This document shows positions 37,989 to 50,249 of a stretch of DNA of 64,000 nucleotides, one piece after another. The stretch is from Mobula hypostoma. Taxonomy: Eukaryota. The stretch lies in the NCBI RefSeq assembly GCF_963921235.1, contig NC_086097.1:141796001-141860000 (forward strand), read 5' to 3'. Under the pieces are notes generated by a model that worked only from the letters and a program-made list of their open reading frames with translations, had not been told where the DNA came from and ran no database searches. Position 1 is the first letter of the stretch. Each line of letters begins with the position of its first letter. A program made the translations under genes and the position numbers.

Positions 37989-38201
37989 TGTAGATTTTCG
38001 CAAATAAAATGAAATGAGGCATTTTATATTTAAGGAAATCCCTAATGTTTTCTTGAACTCCAAAACCTACCCAAGAAAAATACACTAAGAACCTTTTACT
38101 TAATAATGACATCACGGCAGACCAACCTCTTAAAGCAAAACCCCAACTCAGTGTCGGTGGTTGTGAATTATGTGCATTTCTCTAAATTAAGTTTCTGTAC
38201 A
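37989..38201 (-). repeat. 5' LTR of the Gypsy provirus
   Basis: Aligns with 24935-25143; followed by the GGCT TSD. Confidence 0.85.
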
Positions 38202-38274
38202 GGCTTGATCCTTTTGGACGAGATAAATTCCCAGGGATGTATTGCAGCTTCAGGATAAGGAGTGCTTTTTGTGT

Positions 38275-38520
38275 GAAATGGTAGCGAAGCAGTTCACCTT
38301 GTGCTATTACAGCTCTGGGTGTTGGAGTTCAGTTCTAGTACTGTCTGTAAGGAGTTTGCATGTTCTGTCTGTCACCATGTGGTTTCCTTCTGGGTGCCCT
38401 GGTTTCCTCTCGCTGTCTAAATTGTCCTGCGATTAGGCAAGTGTTAAATAGGTGGTTTGCTGGGTGGAGTGGCTCTTCAGGGTGAAGGGCCTGTCCTGTG
38501 TTGCATTTCTGAATGAGAAA
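38275..38520 (+). mobile_element. V-SINE-like element, decayed
   Basis: Core ggagtttgcatgttct..ggtttccttctgggtgccctggtttcctc after a degenerate tRNA-like head. Confidence 0.7.
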
Positions 38521-38534
38521 ATGAATACAGCAAA

Positions 38535-38855
38535 AAGCAATGCACAAAATGCTGGAGGAACTCAGCAAGTCGGTCAGCATCTATGGAAATGGATAGATAG
38601 TTGACGTCTTGAGCCGAAAAGGAAGGCAGAACATACCAGAATAAAAAGTTTAGGGAGGGGTAGGAGGCTAGCTGGAAGATGATCAGTGAAGCCAGGTGGG
38701 TGAGAAAGATCAGGGGCTGGAAAAGAATGAATCTGATAGGAGAAGTTGGTAGGCCAGAAGAGAAAGGGAAGGAGGAGAGGATCCAGGGGGAAGTAATAGG
38801 CAGGTGAGAAGAGGTAAAAGGTCAGAGTGGGGAATAGAGGAAGGGGGGGGATAAC
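38535..38855 (-). mobile_element. Penelope-like terminal fragment, older subfamily
   Basis: cacaaaatgctggaggaactcagc terminus plus purine-rich terminal body. Confidence 0.7.
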
Positions 38856-39049
38856 TTTTTTTTAACTTGGGTACTTCATGGGCCTCATGGACACTGTCAT
38901 TTTCAGTGTCTTCCCTGAGGTGTTGAGGGACTTGAACATTTGGATTGACAACCATGGTTCTTGATTCTATTTGTGATACAGACCAGCCCATAGATGATGT
39001 TGTTGATGTGAAGCTTGTGACAAAATTCATTGGTGAAGACTGACTGGAA

Positions 39050-42000
39050 ATTGGGACACCCGGGATGTTGCCTCCTAGGTGCTAGGGTCAGGAATGTCTC
39101 AGATCACGTCCACAACATTTTGGAGAGGGAGGGGGAGTAGCCAGATGTCTTGGTACATATTGGTACCAATGACATAGGAAGGAAAAAAAATGAGGTCCTG
39201 AAAAGAGAATTTAGAGAATTAAATAGAAAGCTGAGAAGCGGGACCTCCTGGGTAGTAATTTCTGGATTGCTGCCTGTGCCATGCGCCAATGAGGGTAGAA
39301 ACAGGATGACTTGGCAGATAAATGTATGGCTGAGAAACTGGTGCAGGGGGCAGGGCTTCAGGTTCTTGGATCTGCTGGAGGAGATGTTACCTGTTCAAAA
39401 GTGACGGGTTGCACCTAAACCCGAAGGGGACCTATATTCTCGCGGGCAAGTTTGTTAGAGCTGTTGGGGAGGGTTTAAACTAATTTGGTGGGGGGGGGGG
39501 GCTGGGAACCAGAGTGAAGGGTCTCAGGATAGGACAGATGGTAAAAAAGTAAAGATATCGTGTAGTCAGATTGTCAGGAAGGGCAGGCAGGTGATGGGAC
39601 TGTGCAGCCGCCCGACTGAGTATCAAATCATTAGGTATGCAGAATTAGAAACGATAGTAAATACGGTACTCAAGGTATGGTATCTAAATGTGTGTAGTAT
39701 AAGAAATAAGGTGGAAGATCTTGTTGCAGTATTACAGATTGACATACAATGTTGTAGCCATCACTGAATCATGGCTGAAGGATGGTTGTAGTTGGGAGCT
39801 GAATGTCCAAGGTTACACGTTATATCGGAAGGATAGGAAGGTAGGCAGAGGGGATGGTGTGGCTCTGCTGATGAAGAATGACATCGAATCAGTAGAAAGA
39901 TGTAACATAGGATTGAAAGATGTTGAATCCTTGTGGGTTGAGTTTAAGAAACTGCAAGGGTAAAAGAAAGTTGATGGCAGTTATATACTGCCAGATCAGA
40001 CTCCCAGCAGTGGCTGGGAGGTGGACTGCAGGTTACAACAGGAAATAGAAAAGGTGAGTCAAAAGGGCAATGTCATGGGAGATTTTAACATGCAGGTCGA
40101 TTTGGTAAGATTAGGTTGGTAATGGATCTCAAGAGAGTGAGTTTGTTAGATGCCTAAGCGATGGCTTTTTAGAGCAGTTTGTCATTGAGCCTACTAGGGG
40201 ATCAGCTATACTGGATTGGGTGTTACGTCATGAACCGCAGGCAATTAGGGAGCTTAAGGTAAAAGAACCCTTGGGAACCAGTGATCACAATATGATTGTG
40301 TTCAACTTGAAATTTCATAAAGAGAAAGTAAAGTCTTATGTAGCAGTATTTCAGTGGAGTAAGGGAAATTACTGTGATATGAGAGAGGAGTTGGAAGTAA
40401 ATTGGAAGGAGCTGCTGGCAGGGATGTCAGCGTTGCAGCAATGGTGTGCGTTTCTGGGAAAATGAGGAAGGTGCAGGACGTGTGTATTCCAAAAATGAAG
40501 AAATACTCAAATGGTAAAATGGTACAACCATGGCTGACAAGCAAAGTCAAATCTATTGTAAAAAGCAAAAGGAAGGGCATACAATAAAGCAAAAATTAGT
40601 GGGAAGATAGAGGATTGGGAATTTCTTAAAAACCTACAGAGAGCAACTAAAAAATCATTAGAAGGGAAAAGATGAAAAATTAAAGCAAGCTAGCAAATAA
40701 TATCAAAGTGGATAGTGAAAGTTTTTTTTCCAAGTATCTTAAAAATAAAAGATAAATGAGAGTGGATATAGGACTGCTGGAAAATAGAGCAGGAGAAATA
40801 ATACCGGGGGACAAGGAGATGGCTGATGAACTAAATGAGTATTTTGCACCAGTCTTCACTGTGAAAGACACTAGCGGTATGCTTAATGTTCTCATGTGTG
40901 AAGGAAGAGAAGTGGGTGCAGTTAACTATTGCAAGAGAGAAAGTGCTCAAAAAGCTAAAAGACCTAAAGGTATCCAAGTCACCCGGACCAGATGAACTGC
41001 ACCCTAGTGTTCGGAAAGAGGTAGTGTTAGAGATTGTGGTGGTATTAGAAATGATCTTTCAAAAATCATTGGACTCTGGCATGGTGCCAGAGGACTGGAA
41101 AATTACAAATGTCAATCCAGTCTTTAACAAAGGAGGAAGGCAGCAGAAAGAAAATTGTAGACCAGTTAGCCTGATCTCAGGGGTTGGGAAGATATGAGAG
41201 TCAATTGTTAAGGATGAGCTGATGGAGTACTTGGTGACACAGGACAAGATAGTACAAAGTCAGCATGGTTTCCTTCAGGGAAAATCCTGTCTGATGAACC
41301 TGTTGAAATTCTTTGAGGAAATTACAAGTAGGATAGATAAAGGGGATGCAGTGGATGTTGTATATTTGGACTTTCAGAGGCCTTTGACAAGGTGCCACAC
41401 ATGAGGCTGCTTACCAAGTTAAGAACCCATGGCATTAAAGGAAAGTTACTAACATGGTTAGAGCTTTGGCTGATTCGTAGGAGGCAGTGAGCGGAAATGA
41501 AAGGATCCTTTTCTGGCTGGCTACCAGTGACTAGTGGTGTTCTGCAGGGATTGGTGTTGGGACCACTTCTTTTTATGCTGTATCTAAATGATTTAGATGA
41601 TGGAATAGATGGCTTTCTCTGCCACGTTTGCAGATGATACAAAGATTGGTGGAGGTGCAAGTAGTGTTGAGGAAACAGGTAGGGTGCAGAAGGACTTAGA
41701 CAGATTAGGAGAATGGGCAAGAAAGCGGCAAATCAAATGCAATGTTGGAAAATGCATGGTCATGCACTTTGGTAGAAATAAATGTGCGGGCTATTTTCTA
41801 AATGGGGAGAAGATCCAAAAATCTGAGATGCAAAGGGACTTGGGAGTTCTTGTGCAGAATAGCCTAAAGGTTAACTTGCAGGTTGAGTCAGTGGTGAGGA
41901 AGGCAAATGCCATGTTAGCATTTATATCAAGAAGTCTAGAATACAAGAATCAAGGATGTGATGCTGAGGCTTTATAAGGCACTGGTGAGGCCTCACCTTG

Positions 42001-42327
42001 AGTACTGTGAACAGTTTTGGTCACCTCTTCTTAGAAAAGATGTGCTGACATTGGAGAGGGTCCAGAGGAGGTTCACAAAGATGATTCCAGGAATGAAAGC
42101 GTTATCATATGAGGAACGTTTGACAGCTGTAGGTCTGTACTCACTGGAATTCAGAAGGATGGGGGGGGGGGGGGAGGATCTCATTGAAACCTTTCGAATG
42201 TTGAAAGGCCTAGACAGAGTAGATGTGGAAAGGATGTTTCCTATGGTGAGAGGGTCTGGGACAAGAGGGCACAGACTTGATGGGCCAGATGGCCTAATTT
42301 GGCTCCTGTGTCTTATGGTCTTATGGT
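39050..42327 (+). mobile_element. CR1 LINE: ORF1 esterase, APE, RT and tail; decayed
   Basis: VHIGTNDIG..VVISGLLPVP (SGNH-like ORF1); VVAITESWL, GDFN (APE); KSPGPDELHP, FADDTKIGG (RT); tail tcttatggtcttatggt. Confidence 0.93.
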
Positions 42328-43329
42328 AAATGTTGCTGCATTGGTTTGGTAATCAGAAACAATAATAAAACAAAATGCTTCTTGTTTTGACATTTAAGTT
42401 CTGGGTTTTAGATAGGATTTAAAAATTTTTTTTTTCTGGCATTTTCACTTTTTCACCATCAAGGGTGCTTTTCTATATCTGTTTCAGGTAAGGCTTCTGC
42501 TTCTCTTACTTTGAACTCTTGAATCCTCTGTACTTTGTGTCCCACTATTACCCATTTTCACTTAGAACCTCTTATTGTAATTAATTTTTATTGCCTTCTA
42601 TCCTTATCTAAACCAGCCCATTTCCTGGTTCAAATCTTCCTTGGTTTTCTCTGCATCTTAAAACCATGGAATCATATGGTATGGAAATAGGCCATCCTGC
42701 TTAATTCACTATGACCAATGAGCACTCTTCCATCTTAACCATTGAGTTTTATCAAGTGCATCCAGGAGGGATTCCTGAAACAATGTGGAACTCTTTCTCC
42801 CCACCCCCACCCCATCTAAAGCCTCCATCTGGCATGAAAGCAGTCTCAGTTAATGCTGGGGAAATTAAAATCACCCCACTGCGAACTGTTTTTACATTTC
42901 TCCTCCTATGATTTGACTGCATATCTGCTGCTTCCAGCTTTAATTGCAGCCATAGGTCCCACAAAAACCTTGCATCCTTTTTGTGGAATGGTAGACTTGT
43001 AGTAGCACATTTGGAGAGTTTTCTCATCTTGAAATGTTTTAATTGTTTTGCTATTTCCTATGCCCCAAGTGCTTTCAGTTTCAACCATTTATACAATTAT
43101 GAAACATTTTGTTACTGTAATGAAGATGGGAATGGGAAGTATTTTTAATTCTCAGTTCACAACCATCAGGGAAACCTTAATTAGAGTGTGAAAGAGCAGC
43201 AGTAAGTTGTGTTTTTCAAAGTGAAGGGAGACAAAGGCAGAAAACCAGAGGTCAGTTAACTGAACATTTGCCAATGGGAAAGAAGTTAAACCATGTCATT
43301 AAAGCAAAATCCAGAGTAATTGGCAATGA

Positions 43330-45300
43330 ATTGGCACTATCGCCCAGTAGCATTCACATCTACAGTGATAAAATGTTTTGAGAGGTTGGTCATGAGTAAA
43401 CTGAACTCCTGCATCAGCAAGGACCTGGAGCCATTGCAATTTGCTTATCACCACAATAGATCAACGGCAGATGCGATCTCAATGGCTCTTCACACGGCTT
43501 TAGACCACCTGGACAACACAAACACCTATGTCAGGATGCTGTTCATCGACTATAGCTCGGCACTTAATACCATCATTCCCACAATCCTGATTGAGAAGTT
43601 ACAGAACCTGGGCCTCTGTACCTCCCTCTGCAATTGGATCCTCGACTTCCTAACAGGAAGACCACAGTTTGGTGATAATATCTCCTCGCTGACTATCAGC
43701 ACTGATGCACCTCGAGGGTGTGTGCTTAGCCCACTGCTCTACTTTCTCTATATCCATGACTGTGTGACTGGATATGGCTCAAAAACCATCTATAAATCTC
43801 CTTATAAATAAGGAGGGAGGAGAAGATGGCGGCGCGACGCAGTGCGTGCGGCCGTTCCGAATGAATATCGATATGTGTAACTAGGGGGCCGTGCACAATC
43901 CAGATTTGATGGGGACAGCTGTGAGAAGCGCAGAGGAACATCTGGAGTAACTTCTGAAATGCCTGCTTCACTGCTGCTGCTACTGTGCGATCGAGAATCT
44001 CCAGAGATGAAGGCCCCAAATCCTCGGCTTTGCGTATCGCCTGTTGCTGGGACCAGGGCCGAAACGCTCCGAAGAGATGGTGCTCGGTGTCGAATGGGTG
44101 GTCGGAGGCTTGGAGTTTTTCGGATGGACTTGGAGTCGGACTGTGGTTGGATGCTTCCGGGATGCTGCATCTGCAAAGTTGGCGGAGCTGGAGGTTCACC
44201 GTCTGCGTGAGATGATGGGACTTTCGAGAGACGCTGAGACTTTTACTGTGCCATGATCTGTTCTTATCAAATTACGGTATTGCTTTGCACTGTTGTAACT
44301 ATGTTATAATTATGTGGTTTTTGTTAGTTTTAAAGTCAGTTTGTCAGGTGTTTTCGTGATAGCATTCTGGAAAAACATTTTTATCATTTCTTGATGCATG
44401 CATTACTAAATGACAATAAAAGGGGACTGCGTGTCCTCATAATCATAATCATAAATTTGCTGATGATACAACCATTGTTGGTAAAATCTCAGATGGTGAC
44501 GAGAGGACATACAGGAGCGAGATATATGTGGTGTTGCAGCAACAACCTGGCACTCAACATCAGTAAGATGAAAGAGCTGATTGTGGACTTCAGGAAAGGT
44601 AAGACAAAGGAGCACATACCAATCCTCATAGAGGGATCAGAAGTGGAGAGAGTGAGCAGTTTCAAGTTCTTGGGTGTTAAGATCTCTGAAGATCTAACCT
44701 GGTCCCAACACACCGATGCAGTTATAAAGAAGGCAAGACAGCAACTATACTTCATTAAAGAGTTTGAAGAGATTTGGTATGTCAACAAATACACTCAAAA
44801 AATTTATACAGATGTACCCTGGAGAGCATTTTGACAGGCTGCATCAGTGTCTGGTATAGGGGCTTACTGCACAGGACCGGAAAAAGCTGCAGAGGGTTGT
44901 AAATTTAGTCAGCTCCATCTTGGGCACTAGCAAAGTACACAGGACATCTTCAAGGAGCAGTGTATCAGAAAGGCGGTGTCCATTATTAAGGACCTCCAGC
45001 ACTAGGTAGGAGGTACAAAAGCCTTGAAGGCACGCACTCAGCAATTCAGGAGCAGCTGCTTCCCCTCTGCCATTCGATTCCTAAGTGGACATTGAACCCT
45101 TGAACACTACCTCACTTTTTAAATATATTATTTGTTTTTTTTGTACTATTTTTAAACTATTCAATATACGTATCTTATAATTGATTTAATTATTATTTTA
45201 TTTTTTTCTTTCTTCTATATTATGTATGCATTGAACTGCTGCTGCTAAGTTAACAAATTTCATGACACATGCCGGTAATAATAAACCTGATTCTGAATCT
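43330..45300 (+). mobile_element. Rex1/Babar LINE RT to 3' tail, interrupted
   Basis: [63 protein letters not shown]; tail cctgattctgaatct. Confidence 0.9.
43798..44450 (+). mobile_element. Non-coding CpG-rich retroposon (LINE-dependent, non-tRNA head)
   Basis: Splits the Rex1 YKFADD motif with an ataaat TSD (43792-43797, 44451-44456); 5' aagatggcggcg; AATAAA and (ataatc)n tail. Confidence 0.7.
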
Positions 45301-45550
45301 TGATTTATGCAAGGGAATTAATTTTAACCCATTTAGCAGTTTTTAGAAGCAGTAAATTGTAGATAAAGGAGAACCAGTCAAAGTACTGCAATTTTCAGAA
45401 GCCATTCAGTAAGGAGCTGCATCAAAAATAATCGTAGGAAATGAACAGGAGATGACGTGTTGCAGTGGACAGACAATCGCCTGACAGTTTGCCATTTTAA
45501 AAAAAGATTCCGCCCCCCCCCTCCCCCAACCGGTTAGAAGGATCTGACAA

Positions 45551-47485
45551 TTCTTGGTCTTTTATTATTCCAAATAAAAGATAAAATAATAAAATCAATC
45601 GGATCAAAAAACTTCCTAGTGAAAAAAAAGGAATATTCTGAAATAAATATCAAAATTTTGGTAAAATCATCATTTTAACTATATGAATATGACCAGCAAG
45701 TGAAAATGTAAGTGGACTCCATCTACTAAATAAATACTTCATAGAGTCTACTAAAGGAACAAAATTGGCTTTATAAAGATCCTTATATTTTTTAGTAATT
45801 ATAATACCCAAATATCTAAAAGAGTCCGTGACTTTAATAGGAGTATTACCATATATAGAGACAGAATCATTTAAAGGAAACAATTCACTTTTACTGAAAT
45901 TCATTTTATATCCTGAAAAGCCTCCAAATTCATTAAATAATTTTGGCAAGGCAGGAATAGATTCGTCAGGATTAGATATATAAACCAATAAATCATCAGC
46001 GTAAAGAGAGATCTTATGCATGGTCTTATTCACAAAAATCCCATGGGTATTTTTAGCCTCGCGAAGAGCAATAACAAGGGGTTCTAATATTAAATTAAAC
46101 AACAAAGGATTTAATGAACAGCCTTTCCTTGTCCCCTGTGAAAGCTGAAAAAAAGGAGACCTACAATTGTTAGTGACAACAGTAGCAATAGGAGCTTTAT
46201 ATATCATTTAAATCCAGTTATTAAAATTAGCACCAAAGCCAAATTTCTCTAAAACATTAAATAAATATTTCCATTCAACTCGATCGAATGCTTTTTCAGC
46301 ATCCAAAGATACAACACATTGTGGAGTTTTAAAAGAGGACGAATATATAATGTTAAATGGTCTCCGAACGTTTGAAAAAGAATAGCAACCCTTTATAAAT
46401 CCTGTTTGATCTTTGAAAATAATTTTACCCAAAATATTCTCCAACCGATTGGCCGTTATCTTTGACAGAATCTTAGCATCGACATTCAGTAATGAAATAT
46501 TTAAGTAATTTTCCTTACATATTGGAGGCTGACCTGTTAGATACTGTTATGAGTACGAATCCTTTGATCAAGGGTTCTATTGGAAGAATTTATAATTTAT
46601 TATTACAATGGGATAAGCGTCCTTTATCTAAGATTAAACAGGATTGGGAAAAGGAACTCAATTTGACTTTTATGACAGAGGATTGGATGCGGATTTTGAA
46701 GTTGGTTAACTCTTCAATTTGTGCTAGCCATTCATTGATTCAATTTAAAATTGTACATCGTCATCATTTGACGAAGGAGAGACTTTCTAAAATCTTTTCT
46801 AATGTTGATAGTCATTGTGATAGATGTAAAACTGAGATAGCTACACTGTCACGTTTTGGTCTTGTTCTATATTGGAACAGTTCTGGAAGTCTGTTTTTTT
46901 CAACAATTTCTAAAGTACTTAAAATTAATCTACAACCTAATAAATTAACTGTGCTTTTTGGAATAATTCCTCAAAATATTCATGGTATTTCTGTGTCTGA
47001 CCAAGATGTTATTGCATTTGTTACATTGATAGCTAGGAGGGCCATTTTGTTGAAGTGGAAGGATACATCAGCTCCCACTTTGTCACAATGGTTCTCTCAA
47101 GTGATGTCTTAGTTTGGAGAAAATTAGAAGTTGAACCTTTATTTGATTTTGAGAAAAGATGGGGCTCATTTGCTCGTTATTATCATTTGAGCTAATTGAT
47201 AGGTTTTTTCCACAATCTAATTGTAAATTTTTTGGTATATTTTCTTTTCTTGCTGGCGGTTTGATGTTTATTTTCAGAAGCTTTTTGTATGACGCATGGC
47301 TCCGGGGTTGTACAATGGTTCTTTTTTTTCTCTCACTTTTTCTGCTTTGTAGGGTTTCTTGTTATCATAAATTTTTTTTCAATCTTTAAGATAATGTCTT
47401 TTTTGAGACATTGTATGTGTTGTTACTTCAATGTACTTGTGTTATTTCTTTTGTATAATATAATAATAAAAAGATTTGATAGGAA
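45551..47485 (+). mobile_element. L1-clade LINE with 5' inversion
   Basis: RT on the minus strand 45551-46500 (SLDAEKAFDRVEW, LYADDLL); C-terminus and tail on + 46495-47485; 15-bp TSD agaaggatct(g/a)acaa at 45536-45550 and 47486-47500. Confidence 0.9.
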
Positions 47486-48559
47486 AGAAGGATCTAACAA
47501 GTGGTTTATCATGGGGATTGTTGAGATTTTCATGTTTTTACACTGAATAAATTTGTGAATTGGTAAGATCAGAGTTCGAGGCTCAGTGTTTGTAGGTCCA
47601 TCATCGGTGAGGCCTAGTGTTTAGTGATCAATGTGTCCTGGGGTTGATGCTGAGGATCGAGGCCCTAGGGATGAATTGGAAGTTGAGGCCCATTGGCTGG
47701 AGCAGAGTCTGCACACCTCTGCAAGACTGCTTAGGAGGTTGAGGGAGGCCTAGGTCAGTGTCCTGGAGGCCTGTCCTGGGGTTAAAGTATTGTTTATGCA
47801 AGGGTGGGAGAGAGGAAAGGTGCTTGTTTTGTTGCTTATTGCACTCTTGTTTTTCAGCTGAGCATTGTGACTCTGCTGTTTTGCTGATGAAATGTGTGAC
47901 ACATTTCACTATGTTCAATGTATGTGTGGCAAATACACCTTATTCATAAATCTCAGAATCACTATAAAGATTCATTAAAATTTGAGCATAGATCATTCAG
48001 CATCTTAGAATTGCTTTAGTCATAGATCGGATAAGATGAGTAATGAACTTATTAAATGGTGAAGTAGGCTCGACAGGCCGGATGGCCTACTCCTGCTCCT
48101 ATCTTTTTTCATGTTCTTATCCTTGGTGGTTAATTTGCTTGTGATCTTTGTGAATTTTTTTACTTTTAATACTTCTGATAGTGTCAATATTGATTGTTTC
48201 TTTCCGTGAATCTGTGCTCCTCAGTGTCTCCCAGGTCTAAACTTCTTGCCATTGTCCATTGGACCACTCCCTCTCCAGCTCTTATATTTGTACTGCTGGT
48301 ATCTCTTACATTTGGTCCCTGCATTCTTGACTGCGGTGCGCACTGATTTTCCCCTTCTGCAGACTTTTTCTCTCTGCCAAGATAGCTCTCTCCAGTAAAC
48401 ACGTTCATGTGCCTTCCTTTGTTCTCTCGACTTGTGAAAGGATCAAGTGGAAGATGGAAGGTAGGGAGAGACAAAGGGATCTTACAGTGGACAGGGCATC
48501 TGTGTCTGAGCCCTAAGCAAACTGGGATCAGTGTTCAGCCTCTTGAGCTTGGTCCACCA

Positions 48560-50245
48560 GTTGTGGCTGATCCTTTATCAAAAAATTGTATTTCTGCTTT
48601 ATCCTCATACTATTGATACACCTTGCATGTAGAAATTAATCTGTTTCCTTGATTAAATTCAGCAACCTTTCCTTCATAGCCTTGTGACAATTCCACAAAT
48701 TTATTTTTAAGGAGTATCAGCTCATCTCTGACCTGAATACATTGCAACGTGTCCTGGAGTTCCCAGCCTGTCCTCTTTGCATCCAGGCTATTGAGCCCTG
48801 ACAGAACTGTGTCTTTTTCATCTACTTGCTTCACGTTTATCAAAACTTACTGAATAGTGGGTGAGTTGATATCTGTTCTAGTAAACCAACTCTCCATGTC
48901 AGAAACTGATTGCTCTCCTTGATGTTTATCATTTTTATTGAGCGAAGGGGCCAAATCTGCACATGATATTCAAGAGGTTGTCTCACGAATGTATAATTGT
49001 GGTGTAGCATTTCTACACATGCTGCGTTCAAAATCTGTGGCGATAAAATACCATTTTGCCTCTTAATTGCTTACGCATACCAGAATGTTTGCTTTGAGAG
49101 ACTGTTGTATAGGACATCCAATTCCCTTGTTATATTAAGATTACAAGTCAGAGAATCACAGAAATATATGGCATGGAGATGGTCATTCTGCTCAATTCAC
49201 ATTGATCAGTGAGCACCCTTCCATATTAACCCCATTATCCAAAACATGGCCCCTAGCTCTCTATGTATGTCTAAGAAATTCAAGTATTCATCCAGACACT
49301 CCTTAAGTATTATTGGCGACCTAGTTTCAACCACTATCTCTTACCATTTTCTGAGCAAAGAAAGTATGTCTCATCTCCTTTTTCCTCTTGCCCTAAAGTA
49401 TTGTTCTCTTGTTTTATCTCCCTCTTAAGGGGAAAGGTTTCCTGCAGTCTAACCTCTCTATACCCTTCATAATTTAATATATTTCAATCATGTCTCCTTT
49501 TTATATCCTCTACTCCAGGGAGCACAGAACTAGCTTCTCAGATCTCTTCTCAGAATTGAGCTGCTTATCCCAGGCAACATCCTGGTGAGCCAACCCTGCA
49601 CTGTCTCTGATGCTATCACATCCTTCCTCTACTTTGGTTGACCAGAATGTGTGCAATATCCAACTGAGATGTGTCTAAAATGTTCTAAGGTTGAAGCATA
49701 ACATCCCTAATTCTGTATTCTATGCTTTGAACAATGAAAGCTAATATCCCATATTACTACCTGCTATGCCACGTCAAGGATCTGTAGACTTGTACTCCAA
49801 GAAACTTCTGTTCCTCACTATTCTAAGACCTTATTATTCATAGTGTTTAACTTTGCCATATTGTTACACCCAAAATGCATCACCTTATATTTGCCTGGAT
49901 TAAGTTGTCTCCCATTTTTCAACCCATTTCACCAAGACATCAGTATTACTTTGTACCTTAAGATGACCCTTCACACTGTCACAGCTCAGCCAACCTTTGT
50001 GTTATCCATGAACTTGCTGATCTTGCCTCCCACATCGACATCATGCATGTATATTGCAAACAACAAGAGTCCCAACAACAATTCCTATGGGGCATCATTA
50101 GTAACAGATGCCTCGTGACAAAACAACCCTTTACCATCACCCTCTGTCTCATTTTGTCAAACCTATTTTGGATCTGTTTTCCCAACTTAACCAGGATCCC
50201 ATGGTCCCAACCTGCCTTGGTGCAGTGTGGCAAGCCTGTCTTAAG
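48560..50245 (-). mobile_element. Old CR1 fragments
   Basis: Degenerate FVRQPLEYHVQIW and RQRVMVKGCF motifs; heavily decayed. Confidence 0.55.
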
Positions 50246-50249
50246 ACAG

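Larger units (their letters stand above)
24935..38201 (-). mobile_element. Gypsy/Ty3 LTR retrotransposon provirus, decayed, fragmented by nested insertions
   Basis: Homologous LTRs 24935-25143 and 37989-38201 (TGT..ACA); GGCT TSD at 24931-24934 and 38202-38205; PPT 25145-25158; gag, protease and RNase H remnants at 36010-37970; integrase (FLTMVDCTTRWAEVIP, ARFGTPSDISSD, YHPQSNGLCEQFH) at 28642-29373. Confidence 0.9.

Noticed and set aside
38860..39045. Short unique segment between Penelope and CR1 as an exon
   Set aside because: Plus-strand frames are short and closed by stops; the minus ORF runs into Penelope sequence; no homology recognised.
39150..39404. Stand-alone SGNH/GDSL esterase gene
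   Set aside because: It is the known esterase domain of CR1 ORF1, directly upstream of APE-RT and disrupted.
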